64,000 bases of DNA from an uncultured Methanocellaceae archaeon (GCA_963738255.1 CAVTVW010000009.1:83441-147440); one strand, 5' to 3'; positions 39,856 through 50,617 are shown, counted from the first letter of the stretch. Numbers and translations: made by a program. The notes: generated from the sequence alone by a model not told the origin.

Positions 39856-41604
39856 ATGGAATTCGCAAAAAAAGAGCTGGCAGAGATAAAAGAGCTATTG
39901 CGGAAGAATCCCCGGGGGATGAACGTGACCGAGATAGCTAAGGAGCTAGGCTTGAACCGGGTCACTGCCGCCAAGTATCTTGATATGCTCGTGTTAACAG
40001 GCTATGTGGACTTAAAAGAATGGGGTCCCTCTAAAGTATATTTTTTATCCCAGCGCATGCCAATATCGGCAATGCTGAGCCTGTCTTCTGATTTCATTAT
40101 CGTACTCGATAAAAACCTTAACATCATCAATGTAAACGACCGGTTCCTGGAGTTCGCGGGCATGAGCCGCGAAGAGATATTGTATAAACAAATCCAGATA
40201 TTCGCATTCCCTTCCACGTTCAAGCCATCCTTTATCCCCCGGATAAAAGAGGCGATCGAGGGTAAAGAATGCGTGGTCGAGACGCAGTATGAGCGGAATG
40301 GCATCATCAATTACTTTAACGTCAAGCTCATCCCGATCGTTTTTGATGAAGGTGAAAAGGGTGTGACGATCCTCATAGAGGATATCACCGATAGGAAACG
40401 TATCGAGCATGCCATACGCGAAAGCGAAGAAAAATTCAGGAGCGTTATCGAGCAGTCCCTGGACGGCATCATGCTGATCGATCATGATGGGACGGTTATC
40501 GAGTGTAGCAAGGGAGTTGAAGCGATCACGGGGATCAAATCGGATAGTACTATCGGTAAAAAAGTATGGGAAACTGATCTAATTCCTCATGTTACAGGTG
40601 AAAATAACTCTGACTATCGGACCGATAAAGGATTACAAAATCTTAAAAAATTCATACTGGAATATGTCCGTACGGGCGTATCTCCCTTCGGGAGAAGCTC
40701 TTTTGAGCTGACCTATACCAGGCCTGATAAGGAAAAACGGGTCGTATTATTCAACTATTCGCCCATCACGTCTGAGAAAGGCAATATGATCTGTACGATC
40801 GCCAGGGACATCACCGAACGTAAAATAGCCGAGGAAGCGCTGCTGGAGCGAGAGGGCTGGCTGAAAAAAATATTTGACATGTCGCCAGTCCCGATGGTGA
40901 TCGCAGATGGCAAGAGCCAAAAGACCGTGTACCAAAACAAAAAGTTCACGGAAACATTCGGCTATACGATCGAGGAAATACCGGGCGCACGCGAATGGTT
41001 CCTTCTCGCTTTCCCCGATGCGGAGTACAGGAACTATATACTGAAGAACTGGGCGAAGGATATGGAGGGCTTACATAAAGACAATGTAAGCGTGAGGACA
41101 AAAGAAGCGAAAGTGCAGTGTAAAGACGGCTCGACCCGTATCATTATTACATCAATCTCCTGGCTGGGCAATTATAACGTCATGGTATTCTATGATATCA
41201 CAGAGCGCAAGCAGGTCGAAGAGGAGCTGCGCAGAGCCGGGGAGACATATCGAACCCTCGTCGAGCTCGTCAACGATGGCATCTGGGAGGTTGATAAGAA
41301 CCTGGTCATCACTTATGTAAATCCCCAGCTGTATGAGTCGCTGGGGCTGAAACGCGATGATATCGTCGGAAAGAGCCCGACGGCCGTCATGTCACCGGAA
41401 ATGGCCGAATCGTTCTCGAAAGCCGTCATGCCGATCGTGGCTATGAGAAAGACGTTTAGACGGATCATCTTTACATTTGTGCGTGCAGACAAGCGAGAGA
41501 TCATCGCCGAGCTCAGCGGCGCTCCGATATTAGATGAAAATGGGGAATATCAGGGGTATCGCGGCGTGGCCCGTGACGTCTCCGAGATCAAGCGAAAGAA
41601 GTAG
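39856..41604 (+). CDS. HTH plus four PAS domains, one-component regulator (no kinase domain)
   Basis: NPRGMNVTEIAKELGLNRVTAAKYL HTH; four PAS/PAC units ending in D(I/V)(T/S)xxK. Confidence 0.88.
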   Translation: MEFAKKELAEIKELLRKNPRGMNVTEIAKELGLNRVTAAKYLDMLVLTGYVDLKEWGPSKVYFLSQRMPISAMLSLSSDFIIVLDKNLNIINVNDRFLEFAGMSREEILYKQIQIFAFPSTFKPSFIPRIKEAIEGKECVVETQYERNGIINYFNVKLIPIVFDEGEKGVTILIEDITDRKRIEHAIRESEEKFRSVIEQSLDGIMLIDHDGTVIECSKGVEAITGIKSDSTIGKKVWETDLIPHVTGENNSDYRTDKGLQNLKKFILEYVRTGVSPFGRSSFELTYTRPDKEKRVVLFNYSPITSEKGNMICTIARDITERKIAEEALLEREGWLKKIFDMSPVPMVIADGKSQKTVYQNKKFTETFGYTIEEIPGAREWFLLAFPDAEYRNYILKNWAKDMEGLHKDNVSVRTKEAKVQCKDGSTRIIITSISWLGNYNVMVFYDITERKQVEEELRRAGETYRTLVELVNDGIWEVDKNLVITYVNPQLYESLGLKRDDIVGKSPTAVMSPEMAESFSKAVMPIVAMRKTFRRIIFTFVRADKREIIAELSGAPILDENGEYQGYRGVARDVSEIKRKK

Positions 41605-41805
41605 ACGTGAAAATTTTCGAGATCTTTAATACATCGAAAAGTTACAGGAAATGAAAAACTACTTTTATATAAATTATTTTTTAATAAAAGAACGATTTAA
41701 CTTTATTTGGGGTGTTTTGTCAAATTATTATTCTTTTGATAAATTCTACATAGAAATAATTATATAATCGGTTTTATCGTTATTTAATTATTGAGGTGTA
41801 ATCGT

Positions 41806-42813
41806 ATGAGTAGTAATCGTGTGGTAATAGCGACGTTATTGATCGCATCGCTGTTCCTTATTTCGCCGGCACTTGCCTGTAATTATCCGGGGCCAAGTGG
41901 CAGCAGTATATCAGTAACGGTATATGCATCAGATGGCAAGACCCCGCTTCCTGGGGCGACCGTCTCAATCCAAAACGGCTCAAGTGGCAACACATATGTC
42001 AGTGATAACACAAACTCGAATGGACAATTCCAGTTTACTGCCAGCCCCATTGTAAACGGGCTCACTTATAAAGTGCATGCAACTTATGGCGGTGACGAGA
42101 TCAGCGTCGAGAGCTCCAATGGCTTATTGCAATGTGTCCAGCACTCGGTAGATTCCGGTACTTTTACTCTCAGTAAAGATGAAGATAAATCCATCACTCT
42201 AACGATGCCGGGTGTTACAGTTGTGCCCGGCGGAGCAGCAACACCGACCTCGTGCCCGGACAATTGTCCCACGGCCACGCCGGTACCATCAATCGGAGCT
42301 CATTCGCCATATCCGCCTATGGGTCCTGGAATGACCCCCGGCGCAGTAAATGGAGCGGTCATTTTAAATGAAAGCTCGAACCCTATCCATGGAGCGTATA
42401 TAGCGATCGTCAGCTCCGCTGACCCGAACGTTGTATACAGCTACACATATACCGATAATGACGGGTTCTACCAGCTCTTGAACGTCAATAGTACCAGCAA
42501 AGCAGAATACAAGCTATATGCGTCCGATAATTGTGGCAACAAAGCCTATTCGGAGCCGTTCATCGTGGGATCCGGAGAATCGGTCAGGGTAGATATGGTA
42601 CTCGGCAATAAAAATATCTGTGTCGTGACGCCCAGGCCAACGGTGACAGATACACCGACGGCGCTGCCGGTTAACGATACGACAACCCCGACACCGACCA
42701 CGACAGACATATCAACAGATCATGCAGCCGATCTGTCCGTACAACATACTAATTCAGGTATAATAGACCAGATCGCAGGTTTTATCGGCTCGATCATTTC
42801 AAGTATCTTTTAA
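41806..42813 (+). CDS. Secreted protein with two carboxypeptidase-regulatory-like domains
   Basis: GAGGTG RBS; signal peptide; PLPGATV...TNSNGQFQF and PIHGAYI...TDNDGFYQL; PT linkers. Confidence 0.8.
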   Translation: MSSNRVVIATLLIASLFLISPALACNYPGPSGSSISVTVYASDGKTPLPGATVSIQNGSSGNTYVSDNTNSNGQFQFTASPIVNGLTYKVHATYGGDEISVESSNGLLQCVQHSVDSGTFTLSKDEDKSITLTMPGVTVVPGGAATPTSCPDNCPTATPVPSIGAHSPYPPMGPGMTPGAVNGAVILNESSNPIHGAYIAIVSSADPNVVYSYTYTDNDGFYQLLNVNSTSKAEYKLYASDNCGNKAYSEPFIVGSGESVRVDMVLGNKNICVVTPRPTVTDTPTALPVNDTTTPTPTTTDISTDHAADLSVQHTNSGIIDQIAGFIGSIISSIF

Positions 42814-42913
42814 AAATAATGGTGTATACCTTTTACTCCATTATTTTTTTATTTTATCCATGGTAGCTTTTGACCGGAAGAAAGTATAACAGAACTGAGC
42901 TGTACCATACGGG

Positions 42914-43366
42914 TCATATCCACTTTCGCACTTTCATTATATAATCCCTGTATTGTTCTCCGAATATATTTTCTAGCTTCCGTTCTTCTTCAGGAATGAG
43001 CCGAGTTTGTATTATCATTATGAATATGACCGGGAATGCAAATGTAACCAGTGTTCCCAGAAATACCGCGATACCTAGCAGGATGGCGGCCATTCCAAGA
43101 TACATAGGATTACGGCTTATTCGAAAAGGGCCCGAAGTTACGAGCGACGTAGGAGATCCATAGGGCGATACTGTCGTTTCATTCTTCACAAATAATTCGC
43201 TGCTCCAGAGGTCCATGACTATCCCAACGCCGATGATCACTATCCCAAAATACGTATACGGGGCATAAATGACCGTCCTGATCGGGATCATAAAATTTGA
43301 CACGATCGACAGGATCAGCAGGATCACAAAATACGGTTGTCCCTCAGCCATGGATCTCATCTTCAT
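42914..43366 (-). CDS. Isoprenylcysteine carboxyl-methyltransferase/PEMT-family membrane protein
   Basis: LVTSGPFRISRNPMYLG, EERKL..FGEQY. Confidence 0.88.
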   Translation of the reverse strand: MKMRSMAEGQPYFVILLILSIVSNFMIPIRTVIYAPYTYFGIVIIGVGIVMDLWSSELFVKNETTVSPYGSPTSLVTSGPFRISRNPMYLGMAAILLGIAVFLGTLVTFAFPVIFIMIIQTRLIPEEERKLENIFGEQYRDYIMKVRKWI

Positions 43367-43482
43367 TCACACAGTCAACGTTCCACTTTTTATAGATATT
43401 GCGTTGCACTGGATCTATATACAAGTTGCCAGCATCGACATGGTAGAAATGATTTTATGATCGCAGCCATATCCTACGATAT

Positions 43483-44109
43483 ATGAGCCAGGTGATCGAT
43501 GCAAAGATCGACGGTAACTCTCGCGTCTTTTTTGTCAAAGGAGACCGGACAGCGATAGTCGATACCGGCGGTCCCGGTAATGAGCGAAACATCCTCAGGG
43601 CGCTAAAGTCTGCGGGCATCCCTCGCGAACAGGTAAGCATCATAGTGATCACCCACGTGCACTGGGATCACTGCGGCAGCACAAGCGCACTGAAAGCAGC
43701 GTTGAACGTGCCGGTCATGGCGGGATGGCCAGATTCAGTATTTCTTGAAAAAGGAGAGAACTCTCCCGGCATGGATCTTTCACCGACGACACGTGCCCCG
43801 GGGCCAAAATTTGAGGCGATAAAAGCCGATGTAGTCGTCCAATCTGATACAAGTCTCCGCAACTACGGGATCGACGCGTATGCGCTCACCACGCCCGGGC
43901 ACACTGGCGGCTCACTGTCAGTCCTCGCCAGTAACGGGGATTGCGCGACAGGAGATTTTCTCGCCAGCTTGTTTACCGGAGCCCCCGAGACCATTGAGCA
44001 GTGCCTGAAAAAGCTGGCCGATGGCGGTGCAAAACGTTTCCACCCGTCACACGGCGCCGACATAGAGGCTTTAACGGTATTAAACATGTTTTTTTCTCCG
44101 GAAAAATAA
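43483..44109 (+). CDS. Metallo-beta-lactamase-fold hydrolase
   Basis: THVHWDHCG, TPGHTGGS, TGD, PSHG. Confidence 0.9.
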   Translation: MSQVIDAKIDGNSRVFFVKGDRTAIVDTGGPGNERNILRALKSAGIPREQVSIIVITHVHWDHCGSTSALKAALNVPVMAGWPDSVFLEKGENSPGMDLSPTTRAPGPKFEAIKADVVVQSDTSLRNYGIDAYALTTPGHTGGSLSVLASNGDCATGDFLASLFTGAPETIEQCLKKLADGGAKRFHPSHGADIEALTVLNMFFSPEK

Positions 44110-44436
44110 TATTTGAGAAGATTAGCCTAAATCACGATCTAGCGATCCGTCGCGTATATTCTGGTAAATATGGGTATCTAAATGAAACGTTAATTATGAT
44201 CGATCTGTTTTACACGATGATACTTTGCCCTTGCGATGTAGGCGATTTTTCCCTGGCTTTAAATCAAAATTTTTTTATAGTTGACTTGTCATACGAATAA
44301 TTATCAGATTATTAAGTAAACTTTAAAGACTGGCATATGTTAAAAACGACGAGAAATTTCTCAACTTAAAATTTAACTCCGGGGAACAAAAAGTTTTTCA
44401 TATGAGCAATTAATTGAATCTGGAAATCACAGCAAT

Positions 44437-45093
44437 ATGACTCCAAACAAAATTACCAAACTTGCGAAGATATTATCAGAAGCTTCACATCTGGATGAAA
44501 CTGATATGTCTATCCTGCTGCTTTTATTATCTGATAGCAAGACCACGAATGCCGAACTTGCTAAAACACTGAAATTTAAAGATGGAAATTCCGTATCTTA
44601 CCATACACGGACAATGCATCAAAATGGGCTAATTAACCGGTATACTATTGTCCCGAACTGGAAAATGGCCGGGTTCGGTACTGAATTCATTATACTGGCC
44701 GAGGCCGAAAATGAAGAGCAGCTGCTCGAGATCGAGAAAAAACATGTATTAATGGCAGATGAATATTACTCAAAGATGGGCGACATCGTGGTCACTCCTA
44801 TGATCTCCGGCTGTATTATCCTGCAGGATGTATACCATTGTTTTGGCGATAAGACCATGGCGATAATCGTCGGAAGAGCTACATCAGACCAGGATGCCGC
44901 GGTTTATTGTAAAAACTACCTTGTCACCAGGTACCCTAATATTAAAATTAGCTTGTTATTAAATAAATATAAGACAATTGATAATTTTATCCTCGATGGA
45001 CAAGTGGTTAAGAAATTGCAAGAATTTTTCCAGGTCGAGAACGAAACTGATACTTCCGAAATGCTAAAGGAATTGCACGATTTTCCCGGATAA
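44437..45093 (+). CDS. Lrp/AsnC-family regulator
   Basis: LDETDMSILLLLLSDSKTTNAELAKTL HTH, GLINRYTI. Confidence 0.8.
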   Translation: MTPNKITKLAKILSEASHLDETDMSILLLLLSDSKTTNAELAKTLKFKDGNSVSYHTRTMHQNGLINRYTIVPNWKMAGFGTEFIILAEAENEEQLLEIEKKHVLMADEYYSKMGDIVVTPMISGCIILQDVYHCFGDKTMAIIVGRATSDQDAAVYCKNYLVTRYPNIKISLLLNKYKTIDNFILDGQVVKKLQEFFQVENETDTSEMLKELHDFPG

Positions 45094-45245
45094 AATTATA
45101 TTTCTGATCAATATCAAATATAATTTGGGCAATAGATGCATCGTAGCAACTTTTTAATATGCCGACATCAATTATTTTTTAATATTTATTTTATCATAGA
45201 GAACTATAGTTGGATATAAACATTATATTATCGATATTATTAATA

Positions 45246-45266
45246 AATTTTCGTTAAACGAAAATT
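45246..45266. promoter_or_regulatory. Perfect 10-bp-arm palindrome AATTTTCGTT-A-AACGAAAATT next to a TATA-like sequence
   Basis: Seen directly; adjacent TTATAAG. Confidence 0.5.
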
Positions 45267-45866
45267 ATAAGTAGAAAATGTGATATATACTATTTTCGTC
45301 AAATAAGTCAGCTCTAATTAGAGTCGACCGATTGTGACGATATTTATCCGATTTGGGGGGTAAAAATAATACATAAGGATCTTATTTTTTTAATTTTTTA
45401 GTTCTTGTACTTTTTTCGTTGATGTTTGTTAATTATATGATTCGTATAACTACGGTTACCATGGAACACGAACGCATGAAATCCCATAAGCACAAGAATT
45501 ATTTTTTATATGACAACTGGTATAACGAGCAACTCTGAAAGGATAAATTTATACTCGAATAATAATTTTACGACTAAAGGATCGGAAAGAAAGTATATAA
45601 TATTTACATCAGCCTTAAATCCGTGTAAAAATGTTCGAATTATCAGCGATCTTTTAAATATTTACTTTTTATTTAGTTCAACAATGAAAAAATACACTAT
45701 ATTAATAATGGTAGTAGCGACATTATATTTCCCAATCAGTAACAATATGACGAAAACATTGTTCAAATTTTTTCAAATATTCATTAATATATTCGATATT
45801 TTAGTATATATTATTATTTTGTGCCTTTAAAATCGAAATCTTTATCATATGTTTACTAATATCCTA

Positions 45867-46104
45867 TTATCGGATAGATAAGTGCGTTGATACGATGTGC
45901 AAGCACTTATATGGATAATGCAATACCCGCTAACAAGGGACGTTCGAAAACTATAGATTCAGAGACTCCGAATGTTGAGCCAGCGGGTCGATATCCCTTT
46001 CAGAAAAAATAATCTGAACTTGTGCCGCCAGTATCTTCTCCACCGATGTATGGCGGCATTTCAATAATGGCCGATGCGTTGATCAAGTCAACCATCGGCT
46101 ATTA
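45867..46104 (+). ncRNA. Candidate ~240-nt structured RNA (five consecutive stem-loops)
   Basis: ataagtgc/gcacttat, acccgct/agcgggt, ttcaga/tctgaa, tgccgcca/tggcggca, taatggccgatg/catcggctatta; G-U pairs favour the + strand. Confidence 0.55.
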
Positions 46105-46155
46105 CACTATTTTATTAATACACTTTTTCGATTGCAAATAGCAATAATAAATTTT

Positions 46156-46725
46156 TTATTTGTTACTAATTTTCAAAAGCCTGGTTATCGTGTTCCATGA
46201 TCGAGTCGTGACCTTCTTTCCAAATTCTTTTTCAATCACACTCATCAATTCCGCCGCTCCTATTCCTGGTTGTTCATATAAAACACTACATACTGTTCCA
46301 TCTGAGACACTTAATATTTGAAAACCTTCGTGCACCGAGCGGCTAGATATATCTCTATTTTTTATCTTTTCTGAAATGAACGTAACGAACAATCGCGTCT
46401 TAGGGGCGACTTCTATACCTTTAAAAGGCTGCCGGGCTTCCAGTTCACGAAGATCAGCTATCGAGCATACCATAACTAATATCTCGTGCCCGAACGACTC
46501 TTGTAATTTCATTGCGATTTTTTGTGAAAGAACCGATGTATTTTCCCGAGGCACTTCAAAAAGTACGTTACCGCTCGCTAATAAGGTTTTCACATCACGA
46601 TAGCCGTATGATTCAAACGCTTTTCGCAGATCTTCCATTTTTATCAGCGTGTTTCCGCCGACATTGATGCCTCGAAGGAATGCGGCATAAGTGATCTGAT
46701 CGTTCTCCACGGTGATATTTTTCAT
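46156..46725 (-). CDS. DUF1697-family protein
   Basis: YAAFLRGINVGG..IKMEDL, TLLASGNV, TTRSWNT. Confidence 0.9.
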   Translation of the reverse strand: MKNITVENDQITYAAFLRGINVGGNTLIKMEDLRKAFESYGYRDVKTLLASGNVLFEVPRENTSVLSQKIAMKLQESFGHEILVMVCSIADLRELEARQPFKGIEVAPKTRLFVTFISEKIKNRDISSRSVHEGFQILSVSDGTVCSVLYEQPGIGAAELMSVIEKEFGKKVTTRSWNTITRLLKISNK

Positions 46726-47002
46726 TATAGGTGAGTTGTAAAAATCAAATATAAACCTATCCCTATTATGTGGCTTTTACCCCGATTTACAAACTAATTC
46801 AATATTATCATAAGGATGGAGAACATATTGTTCCTTAAAACGAATAATATTACGAAAATAATCGTATATTATTGAAAATATCTATGAAAAATAGCTTTGT
46901 ATAGTAATGTTTATCATATCCTTATATAATCATCAATAATTTGCTGGACTGGTACTTTCTTCAAAGTACTATCATACTCCTGTAATAGAACGAGGTATAA
47001 AA

Positions 47003-47572
47003 ATGAAGTCTATAATGAAATATTTAGTAATAGTATTATTACTTGCAGCTGTTATGCCATTAATGGCATATATCGGTAGCTCGAATGTTATCGCGGCTGA
47101 TGCTAGCGCTACACCGACGCCAATACCGTCGAATTATACGATCCAGACCTTCGCGCCGTTGTTCGATTCTATCTTCGGCGTAAGGATCTTCCCCGGCGCT
47201 GACCCGATGGGTACATACACTATAAACGTTCCTACCCCATTGACATCAGGAATCGTTACCGGCCACATACTCAATTATAAGTATGGATTGAACTCCGACT
47301 ATGCCACTGTTTATCTCTCTGATCCGATGCAGGTTAAATCGGATACCATGTTCCTCGGCATTATGCCAGTTCACAAACTCATTGGCTCGTATATTACGAC
47401 AACCGATAATAATGGTAATTACGAGATCGATAATGTAACATTCGGCAATTATGGTGTATATTACAGATATAACTCATACGAACTGTCCATGCCCTCCGAA
47501 ATGTATGCTGGCTCTGTATATTTGACTGCGGCAACCCCTCATGGAGTGGCTGATTTAAAACAATGGGGATAA
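47003..47572 (+). CDS. Secreted protein with a prealbumin-like fold
   Basis: GAGGT RBS, signal peptide, TTTDNNGNYEIDNVTFGNY. Confidence 0.75.
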   Translation: MKSIMKYLVIVLLLAAVMPLMAYIGSSNVIAADASATPTPIPSNYTIQTFAPLFDSIFGVRIFPGADPMGTYTINVPTPLTSGIVTGHILNYKYGLNSDYATVYLSDPMQVKSDTMFLGIMPVHKLIGSYITTTDNNGNYEIDNVTFGNYGVYYRYNSYELSMPSEMYAGSVYLTAATPHGVADLKQWG

Positions 47573-47575
47573 TCT

Positions 47576-47662
47576 TTTACCGGTGACATCTAAATGTCTT
47601 TGCCCGGAATGATCCGGGCGAATATCCATTTTTTATATTTTCCGGATATCGGTAAATTTTTT
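47576..47662 (+). terminator. Four-way-junction structure followed by T6, directly after a stop codon
   Basis: Closing stem tttaccgg/tcggtaaa; arms gacat/atgtc, tttgcccgga/tccgggcgaa, tatcc/ggata. Confidence 0.55.
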
Positions 47663-47763
47663 GATTCCTGTTGTTATTGATAGTGCAAATTATTCGGGTG
47701 AATGTTCGAAAATCATTGCGTTCACCATCTCGTCTAAGCCCTGAAGGCCTATAATTACATGTT

Positions 47764-48027
47764 CTATTCGTCCGGCTCATCCATATCTTCTTGTTTATTT
47801 GCCATGCCGAATTTTTCCAGAATGGTATGCGTGAATTTGTGCATCATGGAATCCTTTACGATCCCTATCCCATTGTCTTCTTCAGCAACTAGAATGAGCG
47901 TATCTCCTGGTTTTATGTCAAACATGGTCCTGACCTCGTTCGGTATCACGATCTGGCCTTTTATGCCGACTTTAACACTGCTAAAAAAGTGTTTTTTATG
48001 GTTTCCAAAATGTTTCTTATGGCTCAT
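47764..48027 (-). CDS. AbrB/MazE/SpoVT-family regulator
   Basis: VKVGIKGQIVIPNEVRTMFDIKPGDTL. Confidence 0.92.
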   Translation of the reverse strand: MSHKKHFGNHKKHFFSSVKVGIKGQIVIPNEVRTMFDIKPGDTLILVAEEDNGIGIVKDSMMHKFTHTILEKFGMANKQEDMDEPDE

Positions 48028-48587
48028 TTTTTATCCCCCGATTCAAAGATCACTGCCCTGCTCAGCAAGAAGCTGGGTTTCTCCGCTACTTTGAAACCTA
48101 ACTCATGGGCTATATCGATTGTTTCTTCAAAGTTACTCTTAGGCGGATGCATGATCATCTCCAGGACATAGAGCCTTCCGTCCGGCTTTAGTATCGACTT
48201 GATCTCAGCTAAAGTTTTTCTTTTGTCCGCCACCTCATGCATCATGAGAAAAGCCAGGACCAGGTCAACTTTTTCAGAGAGCCCTATCTTCTCCTCTTCA
48301 CATTTGTGCAGTTCAACTCTTTCTTTGATATCCATTCCGTCGATCTTCTCGCGTACTATTTGAAGCATTCCATCCTGCAGGTCTGCCGCAATGACTTTAC
48401 CCGATGGACCGACCATCTTTGCGATTTTCGGCGTGAAGAACCCCGGGCCACAACCTAACTCCAGGACGACCATGCCTTCTTTGACATGGTTTTTTAAGAT
48501 CTTTGTAGGATTATGGACAAATTTTCTATAATTGTTATCGATGCCTGATGCGTTTTCAACAGGCATCGGCCGTTCATATCGTGCCAT
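48024..48587 (-). CDS. Class I SAM-dependent methyltransferase
   Basis: VLELGCGPGFF, ADLQDGML, LKPDG; start MARYE after AGGAG. Confidence 0.9.
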   Translation of the reverse strand: MARYERPMPVENASGIDNNYRKFVHNPTKILKNHVKEGMVVLELGCGPGFFTPKIAKMVGPSGKVIAADLQDGMLQIVREKIDGMDIKERVELHKCEEEKIGLSEKVDLVLAFLMMHEVADKRKTLAEIKSILKPDGRLYVLEMIMHPPKSNFEETIDIAHELGFKVAEKPSFLLSRAVIFESGDKK

Positions 48588-48602
48588 TGTAAGTCTCCTT
48601 GT

Positions 48603-48638
48603 CTTGTATAACTTGTAATACTTGTAATACATGTTATA
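48603..48638. promoter_or_regulatory. Four tandem 9-bp repeats (CTTGTAATA), probable AbrB-family operator
   Basis: cttgtataa, cttgtaata, cttgtaata, catgttata between the minus-strand TATA (about 48650) and the start of the methyltransferase-abrB operon. Confidence 0.7.
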
Positions 48639-49129
48639 CTTTTAAGGATTTATATCTGTCGCTCTATATCCGACGTGCTAGCCTTCTCTTAGCGGAGGCC
48701 AAAAGGACTACAATCGGGCCAGGTTATGCCTGGATATGGGGACATTGAAGCCTTGAGCGCTCGAAGCATAAGCTTCCTAATACCTTAATTTCTTTCCACT
48801 ACAATAATTACCATGTCCTTGAGAGCTCGTAGATAAAGCCTCCGTCGGCAGGTTTATCGAGAAAGCACATGAAGACTAAGCAAATAGATCCGATAAAATG
48901 ATCAAAAGAGCCAGTAAAGGTTCGCATGAGGTACACGAACACCATGTAGCCAACAAAGACTTCTTTTAATAAACGCCCACGTCGGCCTGATCCATGTGCG
49001 ATAAGGTTCGATTACTGCTAATAGCCGGGCTATTATGTATCTTAAAGATGCTTAAAAAATCGCTATGGATATTCTTTTTTAGAATATGTTCTGAATAAAT
49101 ATATATTATTGAGATATATATTTGCGTCT

Positions 49130-49672
49130 ATGCCTGCTGATATACCATCATTCTTTGAAAACCCTAGCAAGGCAAGCCTTAATTTGCTCTTGCTCATGCT
49201 GATCAGTTACACGCCCAAGCATGGATATGTACTCGCACAAGAGATCGAGAAACATACCGAAGGCCGATGGAGGCCTTCACATTCAGCGGTGTATAAACTT
49301 CTAAACGACCTGGAGGAAGCTGGCTACATTGCATCGCATGAGGATATGAATGGGGAGCGATCAAAACGAGTCTACCAGATATCGGAAAAAGGTATAGCGT
49401 TCCTGGCGGAGACTGAAAGAGATTTCGAGTCGTTCATTGATGCTTTTACCTCAACGCTGCTGGTGGCTAAAGATATTATCAACCCGGACAACATTTCTGT
49501 CCTGCTTACAAACAAGGGCAGGGATATCGTACGTAATCTCGACGCTGAAGATCGCCGGAGGATCCTCATTAAGCTAAAGGCCTTTTTAGACAGCGAGCTG
49601 GCCAGCGTAAACGAACAGCTAGAATCTCTTAAAGTCGGCAACGCGCCCAGGATCGGTGTGATCAACAAATAG
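49130..49672 (+). CDS. PadR-family regulator with C-terminal extension
   Basis: PKHGYVL...WRPSHSAVYKLL..LEEAGYI...KRVYQIS. Confidence 0.88.
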   Translation: MPADIPSFFENPSKASLNLLLLMLISYTPKHGYVLAQEIEKHTEGRWRPSHSAVYKLLNDLEEAGYIASHEDMNGERSKRVYQISEKGIAFLAETERDFESFIDAFTSTLLVAKDIINPDNISVLLTNKGRDIVRNLDAEDRRRILIKLKAFLDSELASVNEQLESLKVGNAPRIGVINK

Positions 49673-49747
49673 GCATTCATTATCATATATTTTCGTTAAT
49701 AGCAAGAATACAGGTGGGAGGGGGGTAGCATTACTAAGATCATTAGC

Positions 49748-50617
49748 ATGGACTATGTATTTCCAAAATTAACGTCCATACAGAACGCGTTATTTTACGG
49801 TGGGTACTTAACATCGCTAGGATGTCCTGCATTCATACTATCCGAATCCATCCTGCTCAATATGCCCGTAAGCCTGCCGATATTACTCATCTCGTTTTTG
49901 TTACCCCTCATTGTCTACAGCTACAATTACTATGGAGAGCTAGAGTCCGACCTGAGCACGAATCCCGAGCGGACTATCTATCTCACGGCAAAACGAGGGT
50001 TATTTCCGGCCATCATCGGGTCATATATCGGACTTTTAAGCCTGCTTCTGATATTATATGCAGACTATCGACTAATGGTGTATATTCTTATTTTGATCGT
50101 GAGCGGGATCCTGTATACATTAATTCTTAAACGCTTAACTAAAAAAGTCCCGGTTTTTAAAAGTGTTTATGTCTCTCTGGTATGGGCATCCGCCGGAGCT
50201 TTCATACTTCCCATCTATTATTCATTTAATGACAACTCGTTTTTCCTATTAATATTCGCCTTTATCTTTTTAAAGGGTATAACAAATGCGACATTCTTTG
50301 ATCTAAAAGACCTGGTTGGCGATGGGGTGCGGGGATTAAAAACGTTACCTGTCCTATTGGGTAAAGAACAAACCCTAAAATATCTGCATGCAATGAACCT
50401 CATCGCCGTTATACCATTGATCGCAGGCGTATATGTCGGGCTAATTCCAGTATACGGCCTTTCGCTGATCGCTTTCTGCCTTTACGACTATTATTACATA
50501 AAAAAGGCCGAGATACTCGATAACAGGGATCTCCGCATCATTTCTTATGCGCTTGCGGATGCTGAATTCATACTCTGGCCGATCATCCTGATCATTGGCA
50601 AACTACTATTTCCATGA
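49748..50617 (+). CDS. UbiA-family prenyltransferase
   Basis: YSYN..ELESD..TNPER and FFDLKDLVGD...GLKTLPV Asp-rich motifs, multiple TMs. Confidence 0.85.
   Translation: MDYVFPKLTSIQNALFYGGYLTSLGCPAFILSESILLNMPVSLPILLISFLLPLIVYSYNYYGELESDLSTNPERTIYLTAKRGLFPAIIGSYIGLLSLLLILYADYRLMVYILILIVSGILYTLILKRLTKKVPVFKSVYVSLVWASAGAFILPIYYSFNDNSFFLLIFAFIFLKGITNATFFDLKDLVGDGVRGLKTLPVLLGKEQTLKYLHAMNLIAVIPLIAGVYVGLIPVYGLSLIAFCLYDYYYIKKAEILDNRDLRIISYALADAEFILWPIILIIGKLLFP

Noticed and set aside
45510..45830. 106-aa ORF in the AT-rich gap
   Set aside because: No RBS, Ile/Asn/Phe-biased low-complexity translation and no recognisable family; possibly decayed DNA.
47576..47656. tRNA gene
   Set aside because: Arm lengths and loop sequences lack the D-loop, anticodon and T-loop consensus.
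48834..48850. c-di-GMP-I riboswitch, because of AAAGCCUCCG
   Set aside because: The upstream GGCAAAC...GAAA...GGGACGC elements are absent; the word belongs to the dispersed repeat.
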